Shown here piece after piece: positions 21,410-32,412 of a stretch of 64,000 nucleotides of DNA. The stretch spans positions 44,289-108,288 of the forward strand of contig LCGL01000004.1 in assembly GCA_000999715.1 (NCBI GenBank). Reading direction: 5' to 3'. The stretch's first letter is position 1. Every line of letters begins with the position of its first letter. The notes beneath the pieces are model-generated. The model made no database searches. It was not told where the DNA came from and saw only the letters and a list, made by a program, of their open reading frames with translations. The position numbers and the translations under genes were made by a program. The stretch is from Candidatus Falkowbacteria bacterium GW2011_GWF2_43_32 (GTDB lineage: Bacteria; Patescibacteriota; Patescibacteriia; Patescibacteriales; UBA12465).

Positions 21410-21575
21410 GTAATAAAAAGGTTGAATTAGCGGTATCTTGGTTTAACGAGCGATATTTTGGTCGGATAGCTTGACATAAAATGAATTTTACGATATATAT
21501 TAAATCTAAACAATAAATGTTTTTTGAGTTAATCGAAAAATATTAATCACTTTCTTTAACAAACTATAATTGCTA

Positions 21576-22241
21576 ATGGAAACTATTAATCAATCTCGCG
21601 TGGCTGTTATTAAAAAGATAGTCGCCAAAGTTCAACCGGAAGGATCTTTGTTTTTTAAGGCTTTGGAGAAGCTGGTTGATTGTTCGGATGAAGAGTTAGA
21701 TAATTTTTTGCGTCAAAGTTTTAATTTGACTCCGAAAAACGGTTTGACTCGTCAAATTTTTACCGAACAGAATTTTTTATTGACTCATCGCCAGGGACGT
21801 CGTTTAATATCCTGCGCCAATCAGGTATTTAAAGCCGGCATCGATCCGGCTTTTACCGAGTGTCGAATCGAAAAGAATGAATTTTTTTTCCTTGAAAGTT
21901 CGATGCGTCTGCAGGAGATGATCAGCAACGGCATATTTATGAATCTGTTTTCTTGTCAGTCGGGGTCTTGGAATCAAAAATGGGTCTACCAATATCAACT
22001 GGTGGATTTTTGCGAAACTTTTCCGGAGTTATTTCGACAAAATTCTTGCGGTCTTATTTTTCTCATTAAAAAAGACGGTGACAAGACGATTGACGAAAAT
22101 AATCCCGGCGATAACCTTGTTGTTGCTCGCGTGATGGTGCGTGCCGGCGGTTTGTGCGCTTTATATTATCCTCTGGACAACCAACGGTTGTGGAGCGAGG
22201 ATAATTATTATTGGTTAGTTTTACCGCGGTTGATATTTTGA
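21576..22241 (+). CDS. Hypothetical protein of a CPR family
   Basis: Stand-alone ORF with upstream TTGACA and downstream CCCTCGA/TCGAGGG hairpin. Confidence 0.65.
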   Translation: METINQSRVAVIKKIVAKVQPEGSLFFKALEKLVDCSDEELDNFLRQSFNLTPKNGLTRQIFTEQNFLLTHRQGRRLISCANQVFKAGIDPAFTECRIEKNEFFFLESSMRLQEMISNGIFMNLFSCQSGSWNQKWVYQYQLVDFCETFPELFRQNSCGLIFLIKKDGDKTIDENNPGDNLVVARVMVRAGGLCALYYPLDNQRLWSEDNYYWLVLPRLIF

Positions 22242-22390
22242 CAATCGTTCTTTTCCCTCGATTTTGCGAACTGATGTTCAGGCAATTTCGAGGGATTTTT
22301 ATTATTGACGGCGCGCTTAAACTCGAGTGCGTCTTTTTATTTTTCCCGTTAATCTGATATAATGAAGTTATCAATTTTTTATTATTTTTT

Positions 22391-22900
22391 ATGTCTAAAA
22401 TACAAAAAATCAAGTCCGGCAAGAAAGCTTCTCGTCAGCCGATTATCGTGGCCGTTTCCGGTTATTTCAATCCTTTGCATGTCGGTCATTTGGAGATGAT
22501 TCAGAAAGCGAAAAAATTAGGCGATAAACTGGTGGTCATCGTCAATAATGACAAGCAGGTCGCGCTGAAAAAACGTGTGCCGTTCATGTCCGAACAAGAC
22601 CGAATGACAATCATCAAGGCCTTGCGAGACGTGGATAAAGTGGTTTTGTCCGTTGACGATTATCAATTGCCCGACGGTGCGATTCCGGTTATCAAATCTT
22701 TGGCTAAAGTTAAGCCGCATATTTTCGCTAACGGCGGCGATCGTTATAGCGTCGGCGATGTTCCGGAATATGACATTTGTCAAAAATTAAACATTAAAAT
22801 GGTTGACGGTCTGGGCAAGAAAATCAGGGCCAGTTCAAAAATGATCGCTCGGGCGGCGCAGTTGAAAAAACGACAGACCGTTTCCGACAAGCGATCTTAA
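22391..22900 (+). CDS. Cytidylyltransferase/adenylyltransferase-family protein
   Basis: SGYFNPLHVGH (HxGH) and FANGGDR motifs. Confidence 0.9.
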   Translation: MSKIQKIKSGKKASRQPIIVAVSGYFNPLHVGHLEMIQKAKKLGDKLVVIVNNDKQVALKKRVPFMSEQDRMTIIKALRDVDKVVLSVDDYQLPDGAIPVIKSLAKVKPHIFANGGDRYSVGDVPEYDICQKLNIKMVDGLGKKIRASSKMIARAAQLKKRQTVSDKRS

Positions 22901-22906
22901 TAGCAG

Positions 22907-23782
22907 ATGAATATGAAAAGACCAATCAGGCGTTGTTCAACTTTGATTGTGGCTTTGCTGATAACGGCGGCAGTAGTTATTTTTTTATTGATCAATCGGG
23001 AACCGCCGCCTCCGCCCCCGGCGCCTAAATTGGAAGAGACCGTTCGAATCTTGGAGGGCTGGACGAGCCGGGATATCGGGCAATATTTAGAAAGCTTCGG
23101 CCAATGGTCCGGGGAAGAATTTTTGGATGCGGCCGGTTGGCCGCAAACGGATTATCGCCGCGATAAAACCAAACCGCCTCGGGAAGATTTATCGGATCAA
23201 TTTTCTTTTTTGGCCGACAAGCCGGAATATTATGGTTTGGAAGGTTATCTTTTTCCGGACACTTATCGCATTTACGCCAGCTCTATCGTTACGGAAATAA
23301 TCGAGAAAATGCTCGTTAATTTTGATCGGAAATTGACGCCGACCATGCGAGCGGAAATCAAGAAACAAGGTCGGACGATTTATGAAGTGATTACCATGGC
23401 TTCTTTGGTGGAAAAAGAAGCGCCGATCGATTATTCGACGGACGGTCATCGCGATGCTCGCATTATTGCCGGTATTTTTTGGCATCGTTTAAAAATCGGT
23501 CAAGCGCTTCAATCCGACGCGACTTTGTCTTATATTTTAAGCGACAATAATCCCCGGCATAGCGGGCAAGAACTGGAAATCGATTCTCCTTATAATACTT
23601 ACAAATATCGCGGTTTGCCGGCCGGGCCGATTTGCAATCCTGGTTTGGCGGCCATTGAAGCCGCCATTTATCCCTTGGATACCGATTATAATTATTTTTT
23701 GACGCCGACCGACAAGAAAGAAGTGATTTATGCCCGAACTTACGAAGAACATTTGTCGAATAAAAACAAATATTTAAGATAA
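22907..23782 (+). CDS. mltG: Endolytic transglycosylase MltG
   Basis: LEGYLFPDTY, MASLVEKE, SPYNTY and GPICNPG motifs. Confidence 0.95.
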   Translation: MNMKRPIRRCSTLIVALLITAAVVIFLLINREPPPPPPAPKLEETVRILEGWTSRDIGQYLESFGQWSGEEFLDAAGWPQTDYRRDKTKPPREDLSDQFSFLADKPEYYGLEGYLFPDTYRIYASSIVTEIIEKMLVNFDRKLTPTMRAEIKKQGRTIYEVITMASLVEKEAPIDYSTDGHRDARIIAGIFWHRLKIGQALQSDATLSYILSDNNPRHSGQELEIDSPYNTYKYRGLPAGPICNPGLAAIEAAIYPLDTDYNYFLTPTDKKEVIYARTYEEHLSNKNKYLR

Positions 23783-23786
23783 ATTT

Positions 23787-26171
23787 ATGTTTGATAATCC
23801 GTCCACTATCGTTTCCTCGGAGTTGGAGGCGGAGAAGGAATCCGCCGGACAAGCGCCGTCGCCGCGATTCCCGAAAAAGAAAATTTTATTGTTCGCGGCT
23901 CTGGCTGTCGGCGTGTTGATTTTGATTGTCGGTTTTATTTTGGTCATCAAAAAATTATCCGTTCAAAAAGCCGCCCCGTTGCCGCCGGCTTTGACTAATT
24001 TGGCGGCCGATATTACGGAGACTGCCGTGCCGACCTCCACGGCCAAATTACCGGATTTAAATCAATTGACGGAAGATGCCGCCGCCACGACATCTTTAAC
24101 TTTTTCCGGAGAAGCGGTGGAATATTTGTCTTTCGTCGATTTTTACGAAGCGCCGGACAATCAGATTACGGCCAATATTGACGATTATTCCTTGCCTCTC
24201 AATATCAAATTGGACGTGATGAATTATTATGATGTTTCCCGAAAATTAAGTTTGGATCCGGCGGTGGACCGGTTGAATAACAACGGCTTTGCCGTGATTG
24301 ACAATCCTTGGACCTCGGCGGCGACCGATTTTTCCGCGGTATATAAAAATTTGGCCGACAAACAGATTCCTTTGTTGATTACGTCCGATTTTATTCTTTA
24401 TTATTATCAGGGCATCATGAAAAAAACGTTCAAGAGCGTGGAAGAGAACGTTTTTTACGATAATCTTTGGGAGATAAACAAGGAACTTTATACCATGGCC
24501 AAAAACCGCTATGAAGCGCGCTTGGCGGCCATCGGCAATATCAATGATTCTATTTTGGAGGGAGAAAGATTGGCCACGGCTTTTTTTGCCGTCGCCTTGG
24601 AGCTGTTGAAGCCGTCGGCCGATCAGATCGGGACGAAAAGCCTTAACGACGGGCAATTTACTTTTGCGGACAGCAATCGTTTTTATTTTATCGTGCCAAC
24701 CTATTTGCGCGATGATGTTTTGGCCGAAGTGGACTTGATTCGAAAAGCCGGTTCTGCCGTCGTCAAATCTCCGGTGCTGTTGTATTCCCGCGATTATGCG
24801 GAATTTGTCGTGCCGCCGGAATATAAAGACAACGCCAAATTGAAAAATTTTTATTTGACTGCCAAGTGGCTGAGTGCGGCGTTTCCTCTGCATTATCGGC
24901 AAGCGTCTTGTCCGGATTGTCTGTTGGATCAAGCGGATTGGCGCATTAGTCTGATCGCCGCCAGTTTGATTTCTTCGGATTTTTCCGATCGTCCGGAATT
25001 GAAAAATAAATGGGCGCGAATTTACAAAATCATGTCTTTTTTCCAGGGCTTGCAGGAAGATTTAAATTACGTCCATTATCGCGATGCCCTCGGTAAGCTC
25101 TTCGGCGCGGACTATCAAGTGGAAAAATTATTTGACGACCGCAATCAAGAGGCGGCCGGTAATTTGGAAAAACTGCGAACGGAATTGTCGGCTTATAAAT
25201 TTCCGGCCATCGCCGGAGCGATTGATCGGCAAGACGCGGCCGGTCGAGCTTTGGTCGGCTTGAGGATGTTGACCGAGCCGTATTGGCCCAATGACTATTT
25301 ATTCGGGCGCTTGGTAACGCCGGCGGTCGGTGCTTATTCGGCCAGCAGTACCGCCGCTTCCAATGTGACCTTTTGCAAAGAAAAAACCGGGCTGAATCGT
25401 TGTAACGGGTTCGCTTTGGATATTGTCAATTTGGTTTACCCCGTCGACAATAACGATTATTTTACGGAGAACACCGCTTATGCCAATTATCAGTCGGCTG
25501 TTGCGGCTTTACGTCAAGAGTTAAATACGGAAGTGATCTGGCAGTCGTCCAATTATTGGCTGACCTTGCACCTGATCAAGTCCGCTTTGGAGGTTGATAA
25601 AAAGAATCAGCCGATTTTTGCGGCTTCGGACGCTTGGAACGACCAAGCCCTGCGCACCGCGGTCGGCGCTTGGATAAATTTCCAGTTGCCTTTGGAGAAA
25701 TTTACGATTGTCCCGGCGTCCGACAGAAAAAGTCTGGATAATTTTTCTCGTTGGAGCGAAAATTCTTACGTGGAACCGAATTTGAATTTGATCAACGAGC
25801 TCTTGGCGAATAATGAGATGATATTAAAGATGTTTTCCGCCCTGGGATTGGAAACGGACGTCAAACTGGCTTTTCGGGAGATGCGCGATTTCTCCGCCAA
25901 TTTGGAAATGTTGAAGAAAATCGTAATTAAGGAATTGTCCGGAGAAAAGTTGACGGAGGCCGATAACGAAATCATTGCCGACTTTACCAAACAATTGGCC
26001 ATCAAGCCGGCGACCGTTGCCGATAAAAAGTTATTTTTACCTTTGTCGTCGCAAAAAAACGGCCTCAAAGAAGATTTAAGCCGTTTGAAATTGCTGTTGA
26101 TTATTCATCAAGAGGGAGACAATAAAGTTTTTTCGGTCGGTCCGGTCTGGGATTATCAAGAGGGAAGGTAG
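23787..26171 (+). CDS. DUF3160-like membrane-anchored protein
   Basis: N-terminal TM; IPLLITSD and YVEPN motifs recalled for DUF3160. Confidence 0.7.
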   Translation: MFDNPSTIVSSELEAEKESAGQAPSPRFPKKKILLFAALAVGVLILIVGFILVIKKLSVQKAAPLPPALTNLAADITETAVPTSTAKLPDLNQLTEDAAATTSLTFSGEAVEYLSFVDFYEAPDNQITANIDDYSLPLNIKLDVMNYYDVSRKLSLDPAVDRLNNNGFAVIDNPWTSAATDFSAVYKNLADKQIPLLITSDFILYYYQGIMKKTFKSVEENVFYDNLWEINKELYTMAKNRYEARLAAIGNINDSILEGERLATAFFAVALELLKPSADQIGTKSLNDGQFTFADSNRFYFIVPTYLRDDVLAEVDLIRKAGSAVVKSPVLLYSRDYAEFVVPPEYKDNAKLKNFYLTAKWLSAAFPLHYRQASCPDCLLDQADWRISLIAASLISSDFSDRPELKNKWARIYKIMSFFQGLQEDLNYVHYRDALGKLFGADYQVEKLFDDRNQEAAGNLEKLRTELSAYKFPAIAGAIDRQDAAGRALVGLRMLTEPYWPNDYLFGRLVTPAVGAYSASSTAASNVTFCKEKTGLNRCNGFALDIVNLVYPVDNNDYFTENTAYANYQSAVAALRQELNTEVIWQSSNYWLTLHLIKSALEVDKKNQPIFAASDAWNDQALRTAVGAWINFQLPLEKFTIVPASDRKSLDNFSRWSENSYVEPNLNLINELLANNEMILKMFSALGLETDVKLAFREMRDFSANLEMLKKIVIKELSGEKLTEADNEIIADFTKQLAIKPATVADKKLFLPLSSQKNGLKEDLSRLKLLLIIHQEGDNKVFSVGPVWDYQEGR

Positions 26172-26193
26172 ATTAATGGGCGATTGGCCGTTA

Positions 26194-28227
26194 TTATCGT
26201 GAATATTTAAAAATATAAATCTCTCCGTCAATCGTCCGCCACTCATCGGCCGTCAGTTTGGCTTCGTTGATAATGCGGCCGCTTTGATGCCAATATTTAT
26301 TGACAATCAAATAGGCTTCGTCAACCCCGACAAAATCCATCGCCGCCAAGGCGAATTTTTTGTCGGGTTTTTCATAAACCATTTTCAAATAATATTCATA
26401 AAGAGTTCCGCCGGTGGGTACGGGATAAAAATATGTTAATTCGGCAGGGGTATGATAATAACGGTCAAAACCAAAAATGTTTAACGCCGCCGCGCTAACT
26501 TGTTGGTTGGCCAGAGCGATGTACGGGACGGAGGACATTTGTTCCACCAATTTGACGGCTTGCCGATCATTGATGCTCGTGCTATAGCCATGACTGTTGA
26601 AATATTTATCAAAACGGGGGTAAGACAAATAAAGGCCGGCGCTTAAAAGCCCTAAGCCGAAAATCAACCAGATGGCTTGTATGGCCATTTTTTCTTGGCG
26701 AATTTTTATGATAATCATTTGCAGAGCCAAAGCGATGAACGGCAGGAAAAAGATGACGATGATAATCAAAATGCGGTCGGCATAGCCGTTTTGTTCGTAA
26801 TGAATCAAATCGTTAAAACGAATTTGACTGCTTAAAAAATAAGCGATTAGCAAGGCGAAATTAATGAAAATTATTCCTTGGCCGAGGGCTTTGTCTGTCT
26901 TCAATAATTGCCCGTCGTGTGTTTGGCGATACGACCGGCGTTGATAAAAATACCATAGAGTGGCGATGATAATAATAACGATCAGGAGGAGATTATAATT
27001 GTCCTTGAGCAAGTAAATAAAATTTAAGATGAAATTTTCTTGTCCGGCCGTTCCCGGATGAGCAAAAATATTTTTCAGCGCTTCCCGAAAAACAGTCGCT
27101 CCGCCGTCGGCGGAGAGGTTGCCGCCGCTCAAAAGCAAAGCTATCGGCAAAGACAAGGCGGTAAACAAGAAAATGACGAGTTTGATGATTTTGTCGGCCA
27201 GCGGTCGAAGATGATGATGATGTTTTTCAAAAATCAGCCAAGCCGTCCAACCCAGGGCCGGCAAACCGGTCAGAGGATGGATGGCCGCGGTCGCGAGAGC
27301 CAGTAATGATATTTTGGCCGGCGAGGCGCCGCTAAAACCAGCCAAAACGGTGAGAATTAAAAATAGGTAACTTAGATTTTGTGGTGTGGTCGCCACGAAA
27401 GGAGCGAAAGTCAGGCACAAGAGGAATAAGACGGTCAGAAAAGGCACGGCCGACACTTTTTCCTTTATTTGTTCTGCGGCATTTTTTAGAAAACGATAGA
27501 GAGCTAAAGGTAAAAATAGAGCGGTCAGACCGGGAACCAAAATTTTATTGAGCCAATAGATAGAAAGTCCGGTAATTTTATGAAGTGTAATAATTAAGCC
27601 GTACTCTCCCAGATAATAGGGGGTTTTGGGAAGCACCACTCCTTGCTTCGCGATTAATTCCATGGTCGCTTGGTGAATGAAAGGATCATACCCGTAACCG
27701 ATTTTATAAACGATGACCGCCACGGCCAAGGAAATTAGATAATGGCCGGCAAGAAATAATATTTTGAAGCCGGGGCTGATTGTTGTTGCGATTTTTTTAT
27801 GTCCCAAGATTAGAATCAGCAATAGGGAGGCCAGGCCGTAAAACCAGAAAAAATCCGACGGGACGGTTTCCCAAGGAGAAATCAGGGCGCGACCGCTTTG
27901 TCCGGCCCAAAGCCGAATGATAAGCAGTGCATAAACGGCGACGTAAGCGGCGATGAAAAAAGAAGCTTTTTTATTTTTATGGATTGAATTTTCTTCGGCA
28001 GAACTTATCTCTGTCGTGGCTCTTTCTCGGTTGGTCGCCGTTTTGACGAAAAGACGTCTCAGACAGACGAAACCGATGATGACCAAGATCAAAGACAGCA
28101 TAATCCCCACTCGGTTTAGAGAGTATAAATAATAGACTATGGCGCCGCTTGTCGTCGTCAACGAGGCAAGCAAGAGTAGGTAATCGTTTAAATTGCCGGT
28201 AATTTTAGCCCAATTCATTGTTTTCAT
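26194..28227 (-). CDS. Polytopic membrane protein, probable GT-C glycosyltransferase
   Basis: Many TM segments, GYDPFIH loop; start moved to ATG 28227 to avoid overlap with the divergent gene. Confidence 0.7.
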   Translation of the reverse strand: MKTMNWAKITGNLNDYLLLLASLTTTSGAIVYYLYSLNRVGIMLSLILVIIGFVCLRRLFVKTATNRERATTEISSAEENSIHKNKKASFFIAAYVAVYALLIIRLWAGQSGRALISPWETVPSDFFWFYGLASLLLILILGHKKIATTISPGFKILFLAGHYLISLAVAVIVYKIGYGYDPFIHQATMELIAKQGVVLPKTPYYLGEYGLIITLHKITGLSIYWLNKILVPGLTALFLPLALYRFLKNAAEQIKEKVSAVPFLTVLFLLCLTFAPFVATTPQNLSYLFLILTVLAGFSGASPAKISLLALATAAIHPLTGLPALGWTAWLIFEKHHHHLRPLADKIIKLVIFLFTALSLPIALLLSGGNLSADGGATVFREALKNIFAHPGTAGQENFILNFIYLLKDNYNLLLIVIIIIATLWYFYQRRSYRQTHDGQLLKTDKALGQGIIFINFALLIAYFLSSQIRFNDLIHYEQNGYADRILIIIVIFFLPFIALALQMIIIKIRQEKMAIQAIWLIFGLGLLSAGLYLSYPRFDKYFNSHGYSTSINDRQAVKLVEQMSSVPYIALANQQVSAAALNIFGFDRYYHTPAELTYFYPVPTGGTLYEYYLKMVYEKPDKKFALAAMDFVGVDEAYLIVNKYWHQSGRIINEAKLTADEWRTIDGEIYIFKYSR

Positions 28228-28291
28228 AAGGGTGTCTTTTAATGATAACAAATTCTTGCTAAAATTGGCAATTTCCGATAACATTAAAATA

Positions 28292-30067
28292 ATGAAAACG
28301 TTTGTCTTAAAACACGCTAATCTTCTTATCGTCATTGTTTTGGCGCTCGTTTTTTTTATCGCGACCGCCAGTTTCAATTATCTTTCCCAGGATACAGACT
28401 ATGTGAAATGGTCGTCTCCGGACGAAACCGCCAATTATTTTTTCGCCAAAAAATTCAGCGAAGCCGATTCTTTTAATCAGCGCTTGGCTTTTTTTGATTC
28501 GGCTAATGTCATCGGCGATAATTTAATCATGCCGCGCAGTATGCGCAGCGATTTCGGACAGGTCAAGCCGGTCAGCTTCTTGGGCATTATTTTGCTTTAC
28601 GGCGGGCTGGCCTCCATATTCGGCGTGGCCGTGATTCCGTTTTTGACGCCATTTTTTGCCGCTCTCGGTCTGATTATTTTTTATTTCATCGTTCGTCGTT
28701 TGTTTAACGAGCGCGTCGGGTTGTGGTCGGCTTTTTTACTGGCTGTTTTTCCGGTTTATGTTTATTATACGGTTCGGTCCATGTTTCATAATGTTTTGTT
28801 TATCGTTTTGGCCTTGATCGGCGTTTATTTGTTTATTTTGGCTTTGGGACCGAAGGGCGGTCGATTAAAGAAACCGTTTTTATCCCTGTCTTTGAGTCGG
28901 CCGGGGACAGAATTTCTGGCCGCTCTCGGCGCCGGCGCGTTCTCCGGTTTGGCGGCCATTACGCGCACCTCGGAATTGCTGTGGTTGATGCCGGCTTTTG
29001 TTTGTTTATGGATTTTTTATGTTCGTCGCTTGGGATTGGCAAAATTGGCTTTCTTTTTTGTCGGTTTGTTGGCCGCTTTTTTGCCGGTCGCTTATTATAA
29101 TCAAATTCTTTACGGTTCTTTTTTCCATGGCGGTTATAATGCCATGAATAAATCCTTGGACGAAATCGTGCAGACGGGCGGAGCGCTTTTGCAGTTTACT
29201 TGGGCCGGCCAATTTGATTATTATCACGCCTATCTCGGGCGCATTTTTCACAATATCTTTTACTTCGGCTTTGACTATCCGCAATCTATTTTAATGTTCA
29301 AACGTTATGTCGTGGAAATGTTTCCGGTCGTCTTCTATGCCGGCATGTTCGGTTTATTGTTGCTTCTCGGGCAGAACGTCCGTCGGTTCCGGAAAAAATA
29401 TTTGGTTTATGTTTTGGTCGGCTTGATCGTTAGCGTCTTTTTGGTGTTTTATTACGGCAGTTGGCAATTCAACGACAATCCCGATTTGACGCGATTTACC
29501 ATCGGTAATTCTTATACGCGTTATTGGTTGCCCATTTATTTGGCTTTGATTCCTTTGGCGGCTCTGGCGTTGACGCGCGTGAGCCGAGCGATTTTTTCGA
29601 TCGGTCGCCAAACGGCGGCGCGTTTGCGAAATTTATTGGCCACCGGATTGCAAATTTTGGCCGTAGCGCTGGTTGCCGCCTTGTCTATTCTGTTTGTTTT
29701 ATACGGCTCGGAAGAAGGCTTGATGTATTTGTATTATAATAATCGGGCGGAAAGAAGCAACACGGAAAAAGTTTGGTCTTTGACCGAGCCGGAAGCGATT
29801 ATCATTACCCGTTATTATGACAAGTTCTTTTTTCCGGAGCGACGGGTAATTATGGGCACTTTGCCCAATGAAGAGATTTTGACGGCGGCCTCTCAGCTGG
29901 TGAAATATTATCCGCTTTATTATTATAATTTTTATTTGAACGAAGCCGACGTCGCATATTTGAACGAACGTAAATTCGCTTCTTACGGTTTAACGATGAA
30001 ATTGGTCAAAAAGACCAACGCGCAATTCGGTTTGTATAAAATTGAACAAACCGGCGACGAGCGCTAA
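28292..30067 (+). CDS. ArnT/PMT-like (GT-C) glycosyltransferase
   Basis: SPDE after TM1, multiple TM segments, TRYWLP. Confidence 0.8.
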   Translation: MKTFVLKHANLLIVIVLALVFFIATASFNYLSQDTDYVKWSSPDETANYFFAKKFSEADSFNQRLAFFDSANVIGDNLIMPRSMRSDFGQVKPVSFLGIILLYGGLASIFGVAVIPFLTPFFAALGLIIFYFIVRRLFNERVGLWSAFLLAVFPVYVYYTVRSMFHNVLFIVLALIGVYLFILALGPKGGRLKKPFLSLSLSRPGTEFLAALGAGAFSGLAAITRTSELLWLMPAFVCLWIFYVRRLGLAKLAFFFVGLLAAFLPVAYYNQILYGSFFHGGYNAMNKSLDEIVQTGGALLQFTWAGQFDYYHAYLGRIFHNIFYFGFDYPQSILMFKRYVVEMFPVVFYAGMFGLLLLLGQNVRRFRKKYLVYVLVGLIVSVFLVFYYGSWQFNDNPDLTRFTIGNSYTRYWLPIYLALIPLAALALTRVSRAIFSIGRQTAARLRNLLATGLQILAVALVAALSILFVLYGSEEGLMYLYYNNRAERSNTEKVWSLTEPEAIIITRYYDKFFFPERRVIMGTLPNEEILTAASQLVKYYPLYYYNFYLNEADVAYLNERKFASYGLTMKLVKKTNAQFGLYKIEQTGDER

Positions 30068-30078
30068 TTTAAAAAATC

Positions 30079-31410
30079 ATGAAAACTTATCATATTATCA
30101 CCATCGGTTGTCAGATGAATTATGCGGACAGCGAACGGCTGGCCGCTTATTTGGACAGCCGGGGATTTAAACTCGGCAACGATGTTTATAAAACCGACGT
30201 CGTAATTCTCAATACTTGCGGCGTTCGCCAGGCGGCCGAGGATCGGGTTTACGGCCTGGTCAATCAGATTCGTAAATATAACGAAGCGGCGCAAATCGTC
30301 ATTACCGGTTGTTTAAGTCGTCGGGAAGATGTCAAAAAACGCTTGTCCGATCGGGCCGACATATTTTTGCCGATTAACGAGGTCTTAGCTTTGCCGAAAT
30401 TGTTGGACGGAAAAAAATTTCAACCGCGTTTCAGTTTGGAAGAAATTCGTTTGGAGCAAGGCGAAAAATATTTGGATATTTTGCCGAAACGATCTACCTC
30501 GTTTACGGCTTATGTGCCGATTGGCAACGGTTGTAACAATTTTTGTTCTTATTGCGTCGTGCCTTATGCTCGCGGTCGGGAAGTTTATCGTTCGGCCGCG
30601 GAAATTATCAAGGAAGTGCGCGGCTTGATTGCGGCCGGTTATAAAGAGATTGTTTTGATCGCTCAGAACGTCAACAGTTATCGTAGCGGCAGTTATGACT
30701 TTCCGAAATTATTGGCCAAGCTGGCCGCGATGCCGGGCAAGTTTTGGTTGCGATTTTTTTCCAGTCACCCCAAAGATATGAGCGTCGATCTGATTAAGGT
30801 TATCGCTACGTCGGCTAAAGTTTGCGGACATCTGCACCTGGCCGTTCAATCCGGAGATGACCGGATTCTCAAAGCGATGAATCGTCGTTATACGGCCGCT
30901 CAGTATAAAAAATTGATCAAGCAGGTCCGGGCGGCGCGCCCGGGAATGGCCGTTACCACCGATGTCATTGTCGGTTTTCCCGGAGAAACTAAAAAACAGT
31001 TCGCCAATACCGTTAAATTGTTTCGTGAGGTCGGATTTGATATGGCTTATATCGCTCAGTACAGTCCGCGCCCCGGCACGGCCGCCTATCGGCTGAACGA
31101 TGATGTCCCGGCCGTTGAAAAAAAACGGCGCGCGCGAATTTTAAACGATTTACTGACTAAAACCGCTCTGGCCAACAATCGCCGCTATTTACATCAAACG
31201 GTGGAGGTTTTGATAGACGGCCGAAACAGACGAGGGAAGTATTCCGGCAAAGCCGCCGCTTATCAAACCGTATCGGTAGAATTGGCGAAATCGAAAAAAA
31301 CAAAAAATCAAATCGGTCGGGGTGCCGGCGCGGATTTGATCGGCGAGTTTGTCGCCGTTAAAATAACCAAAGCGCGACCCTTCGGTTTGGAGGGAATTTT
31401 GGCGGAATAA
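30079..31410 (+). CDS. miaB: tRNA methylthiotransferase MiaB
   Basis: GCQMN, NTC, CNNFCSYC radical-SAM motif, TRAM domain; adjacent to miaA. Confidence 0.93.
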   Translation: MKTYHIITIGCQMNYADSERLAAYLDSRGFKLGNDVYKTDVVILNTCGVRQAAEDRVYGLVNQIRKYNEAAQIVITGCLSRREDVKKRLSDRADIFLPINEVLALPKLLDGKKFQPRFSLEEIRLEQGEKYLDILPKRSTSFTAYVPIGNGCNNFCSYCVVPYARGREVYRSAAEIIKEVRGLIAAGYKEIVLIAQNVNSYRSGSYDFPKLLAKLAAMPGKFWLRFFSSHPKDMSVDLIKVIATSAKVCGHLHLAVQSGDDRILKAMNRRYTAAQYKKLIKQVRAARPGMAVTTDVIVGFPGETKKQFANTVKLFREVGFDMAYIAQYSPRPGTAAYRLNDDVPAVEKKRRARILNDLLTKTALANNRRYLHQTVEVLIDGRNRRGKYSGKAAAYQTVSVELAKSKKTKNQIGRGAGADLIGEFVAVKITKARPFGLEGILAE

Positions 31411-31440
31411 CGCGGTGAGTTTATCTGTCCGATAAAATTT

Positions 31441-32412
31441 ATGTCCGATAAAACTAAGATGATAAAAAATAAAACCGATATTCGGTCGAGTCGACCCCAG
31501 GTTTTGGTTATTTTGGGCACGACTTCGGCCGGCAAGACCGCTTGGGGCGTTCGTTTGGCCGCCGAGTTAAACGGCGAGATAATCAGCGCTGACAGTCGTC
31601 AAGTTTATCGCGGTCTGGATATCGGTACGGGTAAAGATTTGGCCGAATATCGGTTGGGTCGCAAAAAAATTCCTTATCATTTGATTGACGTGGTTTCTCC
31701 TCAAGTCAGATTTGATTTGGCGCAATATCAAAAATTGGCTTTTCGGGCCATCGCCGATGTTTTGCAACGGGGCAAGTTGCCGATCATCGTCGGCGGCAGC
31801 GGATTGTATTTGCAGGCGGTCGTGGACAATTATAATTTGACGTTAACGAATGATATCTCGCCTCAACGACGGCAGTGGGAGCAATTGACGGCCGAAGAAT
31901 TGTTTAAAAAAATTCGGCGATTAAAACCGGACTTTGCGGATCATTTGAACAATAGCGATAAAAATAACGCCCGACGTCTGGTTCGCTATTTGGAAATAAT
32001 TCAATCGGGAGATTTGAGCACGGTCGGTCGCGGCGAAGCGCTTTATGATTTTTTATTGCTTGGCCTGGATTGTCCGAATGATATTCTGCGCGAACGAATC
32101 GTTCAACGTCTGTTGGATCAATTGGAAAAAGAGGGATTGATTGCCGAGGTGAAGCGACTTAATGGTCAAGGCGTTTCTTGGGAGCGGTTAATTTCTTTCG
32201 GTTTGGAATACAAGTTTGTCAGTCGGCATTTATTGGGAGAACTGACTTATCAAGAGATGACGGAACAATTGGGCCGGGCCATTTATCAATTTGCCAAGCG
32301 CCAGAAGACTTGGTTTAGGCGTTGGGAAAGACGAGGGGCAAAAATCAATTGGCTTAAAGACCAAAAAACCGCCCGAAAGAAAATTGCGGCTTGGCTCAAA
32401 GAATCTACTTAG
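31441..32412 (+). CDS. miaA: tRNA dimethylallyltransferase
   Basis: ISADSRQVYRGLDIGTGK and FAKRQKTWF motifs. Confidence 0.96.
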   Translation: MSDKTKMIKNKTDIRSSRPQVLVILGTTSAGKTAWGVRLAAELNGEIISADSRQVYRGLDIGTGKDLAEYRLGRKKIPYHLIDVVSPQVRFDLAQYQKLAFRAIADVLQRGKLPIIVGGSGLYLQAVVDNYNLTLTNDISPQRRQWEQLTAEELFKKIRRLKPDFADHLNNSDKNNARRLVRYLEIIQSGDLSTVGRGEALYDFLLLGLDCPNDILRERIVQRLLDQLEKEGLIAEVKRLNGQGVSWERLISFGLEYKFVSRHLLGELTYQEMTEQLGRAIYQFAKRQKTWFRRWERRGAKINWLKDQKTARKKIAAWLKEST

